A stretch of 64,000 bases of DNA from Spirochaetota bacterium (GTDB lineage: Bacteria; Spirochaetota; UBA4802; UBA5550). Made by a program: the position numbers and the translations under genes. Positions within the stretch are counted from its first letter, which is position 1. Every line of letters starts with the position of its first letter. Below are positions 59,116-64,000 of this stretch, piece by piece. The stretch is from the NCBI GenBank assembly GCA_963663865.1, contig OY760686.1:1888001-1952000 (forward strand), in the 5' to 3' direction. The notes under the pieces are model-generated. The model was not told the origin of the DNA. It saw only the letters and a list, made by a program, of their open reading frames with translations, and did no database searches.

Positions 59116-60187
59116 ATTGTGACCGGATTTCCTTAAGTTTATTCCTGATGTACCCGGCCCTCCGCTCATCGTAGCCGGCAGATGAATCCATTACTCCTCC
59201 AAGCAGCGTAAGATGGGCCTGCTGCGAAGTAACCATAATATCCGTAACATCGTGAATGCTGATGCCTTTGATAGTTGAAAGAACTATTCCTAATCTCAGA
59301 TTTGATAGATGATCCATCGCTTCCGCGTAGCTAATTTTTCTCGCGTAACTGAGAGCCGCGAACGATCTCCATATTCGATCTTCAAGTTCAAGCCTGTTTG
59401 CGGCAACGTATTCGTCCCTGAGGCGGTCCTCAAAGTTTAAAACGGTTCCTGAAGCAGACTGAATTGAATTTATAATATCCTCTTCGCTCTTGCCAAGGCC
59501 ATGACCTGTGTACAGGTAAAAAAGCGATCCGACAGCCCTGCTTCCCGGGCCGGATGTCTCTACAATTGAAACGCCTGAATCCATTATTTTCATTTGCAGT
59601 TCATGTACAGATTTTGACAATGCAACTGATGGAAGATGAACTATTATCGAACACTTTATTCCTGTTCCAAGATTGTATGGGGAAGATGTCAGATATCCAA
59701 GGGATTTTGAAAACGCGAATGGAGCAGTTTTTCCTAATACCTTTTCAATCCTTGATGCAGTTTCAAGTGATTCGTCAATCTGTAGCCCCGGAAGGATTAC
59801 CTGAATTTTAAAGTGATCTGTTTCATTAAGCAGAACAGAATAATCGCTGTCTCGACCAATAAGAACAGAGGCATTACTATTGCTTTCCATTTCAGATGTA
59901 ATCAGGTTCCTTTCTCTAAGCAGTCTTTTTTCAATGTCCGTAATGTCGCGAAGCCTGATTATTACCGAATCGTCAAGACGCAGCGATGCCTCAGTAAGCA
60001 GCTTAAACAGCGATTCGGCCTCGGCGGGGTTCATTCTGCCGGGAAATGGGAATGATCTGAAGTTCCTGATGATTCTTGTTCGTGTAGACAGGACAACATC
60101 GCTCAGAGGGCCTGAGTTTTTCCAGAAAAGCCCCGGTGCTTTTCCTGTCTCTTCAAATAATCCTTTAAGCATTTTATGACGCTCCAT
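59108..60187 (-). CDS. mcsB: McsB protein-arginine kinase homologue (catalytic motifs altered)
   Basis: GP.SDVVLSTR.R..RN, GYLTS.P.NLGTG, HLP, LGKSE, LEDRIWRS, LS.LRLG and D.RRA..IR; lies between mcsA and clpC. Confidence 0.9.
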   Translation of the reverse strand: MERHKMLKGLFEETGKAPGLFWKNSGPLSDVVLSTRTRIIRNFRSFPFPGRMNPAEAESLFKLLTEASLRLDDSVIIRLRDITDIEKRLLRERNLITSEMESNSNASVLIGRDSDYSVLLNETDHFKIQVILPGLQIDESLETASRIEKVLGKTAPFAFSKSLGYLTSSPYNLGTGIKCSIIVHLPSVALSKSVHELQMKIMDSGVSIVETSGPGSRAVGSLFYLYTGHGLGKSEEDIINSIQSASGTVLNFEDRLRDEYVAANRLELEDRIWRSFAALSYARKISYAEAMDHLSNLRLGIVLSTIKGISIHDVTDIMVTSQQAHLTLLGGVMDSSAGYDERRAGYIRNKLKEIRSQYV

Positions 60188-60695
60188 TTCTGATTAAATC
60201 CCGCAATAGCGCCGCGTCCTCATATCTTTCCTCTGCTACAGCCGCATTTAGCTGTTCTTCAAGCGGTATATTATGCTGAGTCGATGTATCAGGTTTTATT
60301 CTCTCGACTTTTCCAGTTTGCATCTGCTCAGGCACCTGTCCGCGGTATTGCCCGCCATGGTGAATCGATTCAATAACGTCTTTAAGAGATTGAGCTAAAT
60401 CAACGTAGCAGTCGGGACAACCAAGCCTGCCGGTGCGCGTAAATATCTCATAGGACATTCCGCAGCTTTTGCAGTAAAGGTTTTCGGTAAAACCCTGCTG
60501 CTGAGTTTCAGCCATAAAGCCTGCAAGCTGAGGCATGGAAACGGAAAACCCTGACAGGTCTGATTTGAGACCTATCTCTCTTGCGCATCTTTCGCAGAGA
60601 TGAACCTCGCTTTTTATATCCTTCACGATCTCGGTCAGATGGACTGTCGACATCTCCCTGCCGCAACGCTCGCACATTATCCGTTTTCTTTGCAT
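60174..60695 (-). CDS. mcsA: McsA (zinc-finger + UVR) activator
   Basis: Four CxxC motifs (CERC, CERC, CKSC, CPDC), GRLGC and UVR AVAEERYEDAALLRD; probable start at 60677. Confidence 0.93.
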   Translation of the reverse strand: MQRKRIMCERCGREMSTVHLTEIVKDIKSEVHLCERCAREIGLKSDLSGFSVSMPQLAGFMAETQQQGFTENLYCKSCGMSYEIFTRTGRLGCPDCYVDLAQSLKDVIESIHHGGQYRGQVPEQMQTGKVERIKPDTSTQHNIPLEEQLNAAVAEERYEDAALLRDLIRNGAS

Positions 60696-60761
60696 TTTAG
60701 TATTTCCGCCCCGTCTGTCGCCGCGATTTCAATGCGCCTGACAGATGTCTTTTCAATCACT

Positions 60762-60790
60762 AATCTATTACATTAATTCAGGATTGTAAA
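60762..60790 (-). promoter_or_regulatory. putative sigma70 promoter of mcsA-mcsB-clpC
   Basis: Minus strand TTTACA-N17-TAGATT. Confidence 0.45.
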
Positions 60791-60910
60791 CCAATTATTA
60801 TTATCGTTATTCTCTGTTGAAAAACTGCATGAAACATACATTCAATAAATAGTTGACTCTGTCAAGTTCACGGCTGTATTATACCAAAATATTTTACTCT
60901 GGATTGCGAC

Positions 60911-62164
60911 ATGGCATTTTTTAAAAAGAAAAGCAAAGGCTATTTGATTTCTGTTTGCGCGGGAGTTAATCAGATCCCTCTAATTAGAGAAGCTTCTGAA
61001 CTCGGATATCACGTTATCGGAATCGACAATAACCCGCAGGCCCCTGGATTTCTTTTCTGCGATCTTAAAATACAGGAATCTGTTGAAAACCATGAATCCG
61101 CGTACATTAAACTACGTGAGCTTATGCTTGATGAGAATATCGCGGCGATAATGACTAAATCATACGGTCACGCAATCTGTACAGCCTCATATCTCGCTGA
61201 GAAGTTCGGGATACCCTACATCCCCTATAGTTCGACTTCAGCATTTCTGGACAAAAAAATTATGCGGGAAAGACTTAAAAAAGCGGGTGTACGAATCACA
61301 CCGAAAAACTCGACTGCAATAAAAAGGCTGATTCAAAAAGACGAATCAATGACCGATTATCCAATTGTGGCCAAACCCGTGTGCGGACATGCTAAAACAG
61401 ACGTAATCATGATACAGAATAAAAAGGAGCTTCAAAGACATCTCAATACCTCAGCATCAAATAATGACTTTATATATGAAAAATTTGTTCCGGGAAAAGA
61501 GATTATCGCAATCGGCATTGTCCACAATTCGAGGTATTATCTTGCTGAGCTGACGGATAAAATCACAACTTCACCGCCATACTTTGTAGATATAGTACAC
61601 AGCGCGCCTTCTGAATATTCATCATTTGCAAAGGAATTAACGCAAATAGGACAGACAGTAGCCGATGAGTTTGGAATACAGAACTCACCGCTGATAATTG
61701 AGCTCATCGTAAGCCCGGACAATGAGCTCTTTGTCATTGAGGCAGTTCCTGAATTCGGCGGCGAATTTCTCACCGATGTCATGGTTCCCGCAAGAACAGG
61801 TTACCGCTTTATACGTGAGGCAATCAAGTCTCAAACCGGTGATGGTTTTCATCCCCCCGCTTTTAACCGCTCAAAAAAAGCCGGCATCATTAAATACATT
61901 ACGGCCGGGAACGGAATACTTGCTTCCGTCAGCGCAAGTAACGTCAAACGCGGACAGGTGCAGCTGTGCAGGATTTTTAAGGATATTGGAGCTGCAGTCA
62001 GAAAACCGGCAAACAACCTTGACCGAATCGGGGTTATAGCATCAGTCGCGGGCAGCATGACCAGAGCAAACGAGGCGGTTCGTAACGCGGAAGAATCTCT
62101 TAAAATTGTGATAAAGGAAAAACATGAAGCAAAAACAGTGGCAAAATCATTACAACAGGGATAA
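60911..62164 (+). CDS. ATP-grasp domain protein
   Basis: N-terminal Rossmann-like AG..Q......A..LGY.VI..D.N..APG, DK..MR..L, YPIVAKP, YEKFVPG.E and VIE; C-terminal DRIG.I. Confidence 0.82.
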   Translation: MAFFKKKSKGYLISVCAGVNQIPLIREASELGYHVIGIDNNPQAPGFLFCDLKIQESVENHESAYIKLRELMLDENIAAIMTKSYGHAICTASYLAEKFGIPYIPYSSTSAFLDKKIMRERLKKAGVRITPKNSTAIKRLIQKDESMTDYPIVAKPVCGHAKTDVIMIQNKKELQRHLNTSASNNDFIYEKFVPGKEIIAIGIVHNSRYYLAELTDKITTSPPYFVDIVHSAPSEYSSFAKELTQIGQTVADEFGIQNSPLIIELIVSPDNELFVIEAVPEFGGEFLTDVMVPARTGYRFIREAIKSQTGDGFHPPAFNRSKKAGIIKYITAGNGILASVSASNVKRGQVQLCRIFKDIGAAVRKPANNLDRIGVIASVAGSMTRANEAVRNAEESLKIVIKEKHEAKTVAKSLQQG

Positions 62165-62771
62165 ATCCAGACTGTTCTACCCGGATGAGAATCTGGTCCG
62201 TATGCTCGCTGGACTAATCCGGGAGAGACCGGATATTGTTTCAGGGATTACTGTCGACCTGGGATGCGGAAGCGGAAGACACCTGAAGCTTCTGCAGGAT
62301 TTCGATTTCAATATAATTGCCGGCATGGATATCTCTACAAAGGGGCTTGCTCACGCTTCCGCTATAGCTGATGTACCTCTCGCTGCCGCTGACAGCCGGA
62401 ATATTCCGCTCAAAAACAACTCGGTTGACATTATTATTGCCTGGGGCTCGCTCCACTATTGTCACAAGGATGACCTGCAGGTGATGCTCAGAGAGATATA
62501 CAGGGTGATGAAACATGGAGCTGTACTCCTGGCTACAATAAGAAATACCCGCGATACCTATCTCAAAAGAGGGAATCATCTGGGCTCTGACATCTGGCAG
62601 ACGAGTTTGGAAGATATTGCCGGTTCGACGGTATCTTTTTTCAATGAAGCTGAGATTAAACACTTTTTTTCACTGTTTGACAGCTGCCTCTACGGCACAA
62701 TTGAAAGAACAATACCCGGCGATATGTCATCACTGATATCGCATTGGGTCATACGAGCTGATAAACAGTAG
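62124..62771 (+). CDS. class I SAM-dependent methyltransferase
   Basis: VDLGCGSGRH, GMDIS, IPL.NNSVD and EIYRVMK.GA motifs. Confidence 0.9.
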   Translation: MKQKQWQNHYNRDKSRLFYPDENLVRMLAGLIRERPDIVSGITVDLGCGSGRHLKLLQDFDFNIIAGMDISTKGLAHASAIADVPLAAADSRNIPLKNNSVDIIIAWGSLHYCHKDDLQVMLREIYRVMKHGAVLLATIRNTRDTYLKRGNHLGSDIWQTSLEDIAGSTVSFFNEAEIKHFFSLFDSCLYGTIERTIPGDMSSLISHWVIRADKQ

Positions 62772-63010
62772 ACAGCCAGTATCAGGCATGTGAATAATAT
62801 CTCAAAATTATCTTTACAAATATGCTCCGCAAATAGATTTGTTTTATCAGTAATAATTCAATTAAACATTATCTGTGCATTTTTAAGTTTCTGTTGATTT
62901 GGACCGCGTCAGTGCACGAAAATACATTTTCCGGCCGCGGAATGCAATACAGTGAGAATCTTTATTTTTGCCGTGAGTTTAACTCATGCAATTGGATATG
63001 AGGTGCGCTA

Positions 63011-64000
63011 ATGAAAAAAGCAACAATAATCGGCGCCACAGGCTTTGGAGGCCTTGGGCTTATTGAAATACTCCTTAACCATCCCGGGTTCAAAATTCAT
63101 CAGCTCGTTGCCCGGAAGGACACCGGCAAGCCTGTCAGCGCTGTGTTTCCGCATCTCAAAGGCAGCTGCGATCTGCAGGTCGCCTCTTCGGAAGAGATTG
63201 ACTACGATACGGACATAGCTTTTTTTTCAACCCCTGACAGAGCCGGCATGACAATGATCTCTGATTTCATAAAAAAGGGAATACCTGTTATTGATTTCAG
63301 CGGTGATTTCCGTTTTTCAAACACAGACGATTATAGTGTCTACGCGAAAAATAAGGGGATGGATGATACTCACTGCGCACCGGATGTTATGGCTGATGCT
63401 GTATATGGCCTCCCGGAGAAGTATGCCGATAAAATCGCTGCTGCAAGAGTTGTCGGTAATCCAGGCTGTTTTGCAATCTGTATGATACTCGGGCTTCTAC
63501 CAGCTGTGGAAGCAGGGCTGATCTCCGCTGAAACAAGCATTATTTGTGATGGCAAAAGCGGAGTTTCGGGCGCGGGAAAGAGCTCAGGCGAGGCAAACCT
63601 CTTTCCGCAGCGGCTGGAAAATGTAAACACATACAGGGAGGGCCGCCATCAGCATCTTGTTGAGGTCGAGAACATAATAAACTCAGTATCACAGGACAAG
63701 CTTAAGCTCTTCTTTGTCCCTCAGGTTGTTCCGATGAGCCGGGGGATTCTCAACAATATGTACGCAGACCTTAAGCCTGGAACAACGACAGATGATCTCC
63801 TTGAAGTATACATTGACTATTATAAGAATGCGCCATTCGTTTCTGTAACAGATAGTTCGCCTAACACGGCAGACGTAAGGGGCTCAAACAGATGCATTGT
63901 CAGGCCTTTTGCCGACGAGAGGACCGGAAGGCTTCTGGTAACATCGGTGATTGACAATCTTTTAAAGGGCCAGTCGGGCAATGCCGTCCAGAATGCCAAT
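63011..64000 (+). CDS. argC: N-acetyl-gamma-glutamyl-phosphate reductase (3' end outside window), not in the ORF track
   Basis: MKKATIIGATGFGG, IDFSGDFR, VYGLPE, GNPGCF, KSGVSGAG, HQH..E and IDNLLKGQSG.AVQNAN; GAGGTG RBS. Confidence 0.95.
   Translation, partial: MKKATIIGATGFGGLGLIEILLNHPGFKIHQLVARKDTGKPVSAVFPHLKGSCDLQVASSEEIDYDTDIAFFSTPDRAGMTMISDFIKKGIPVIDFSGDFRFSNTDDYSVYAKNKGMDDTHCAPDVMADAVYGLPEKYADKIAAARVVGNPGCFAICMILGLLPAVEAGLISAETSIICDGKSGVSGAGKSSGEANLFPQRLENVNTYREGRHQHLVEVENIINSVSQDKLKLFFVPQVVPMSRGILNNMYADLKPGTTTDDLLEVYIDYYKNAPFVSVTDSSPNTADVRGSNRCIVRPFADERTGRLLVTSVIDNLLKGQSGNAVQNAN

Noticed and set aside
62772-63010. ARG boxes or a leader peptide upstream of argC
   Set aside because: TGAATAATATCTCA is only a partial match, and the 19-codon ORF (MQYSENLYFCREFNSCNWI) is not Arg-rich.
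246-63630. Many 60-205 aa antisense or nested ORFs in the track (e.g. 7817..8434, 17462..18007, 51274..51744)
   Set aside because: They are shadows of well-supported genes, with no RBS or recognisable motifs.
1-64000. CRISPR arrays, IS elements, prophage, rRNA
   Set aside because: No repeat-spacer periodicity, transposase, integrase, phage or rRNA signatures seen by eye.

Overview
This is a 64-kb core-chromosome window from a diderm, anaerobic or aerotolerant bacterium. It is most likely a spirochaete; I infer this from the double-cNMP/TPR Crp protein, TolC/AsmA/outer-membrane proteins and Firmicutes-like gene orders. I saw no prophage, IS, integrase, CRISPR or rRNA. It encodes ftsH (5' truncated), recG, tRNA-Thr/tRNA-Tyr, hisE-hisG, tig-clpP-clpX-lon, lipB, mscS and tolC-macA-macB. 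It also carries pta-ackA, a 2[4Fe-4S] ferredoxin, an NROR-perR-rubredoxin-SOR-rubrerythrin oxygen-defence cluster, malQ, pepP-efp, purB-miaB-mutS, leuCD, mcsA-mcsB-clpC and argC (3' truncated). Scattered c-di-GMP components include ComFB, a degenerate HD-GYP, a CHASE4-HAMP-GGEEF cyclase and PilZ. The most striking observation is an intact, full-length McsB whose catalytic residues are substituted (NEED->NETD, TSCP->TSSP, RGxxGEG->VETSGPG), which suggests a pseudokinase. Its operon lacks ctsR and sits back-to-back with an atypical ATP-grasp/methyltransferase pair. Other candidates are an unannotated 51-aa ORF, a secreted transglutaminase-like pair, an ECF-type promoter, a PerR-box-overlapped internal promoter, and structured leaders before purB, tig and leuC.
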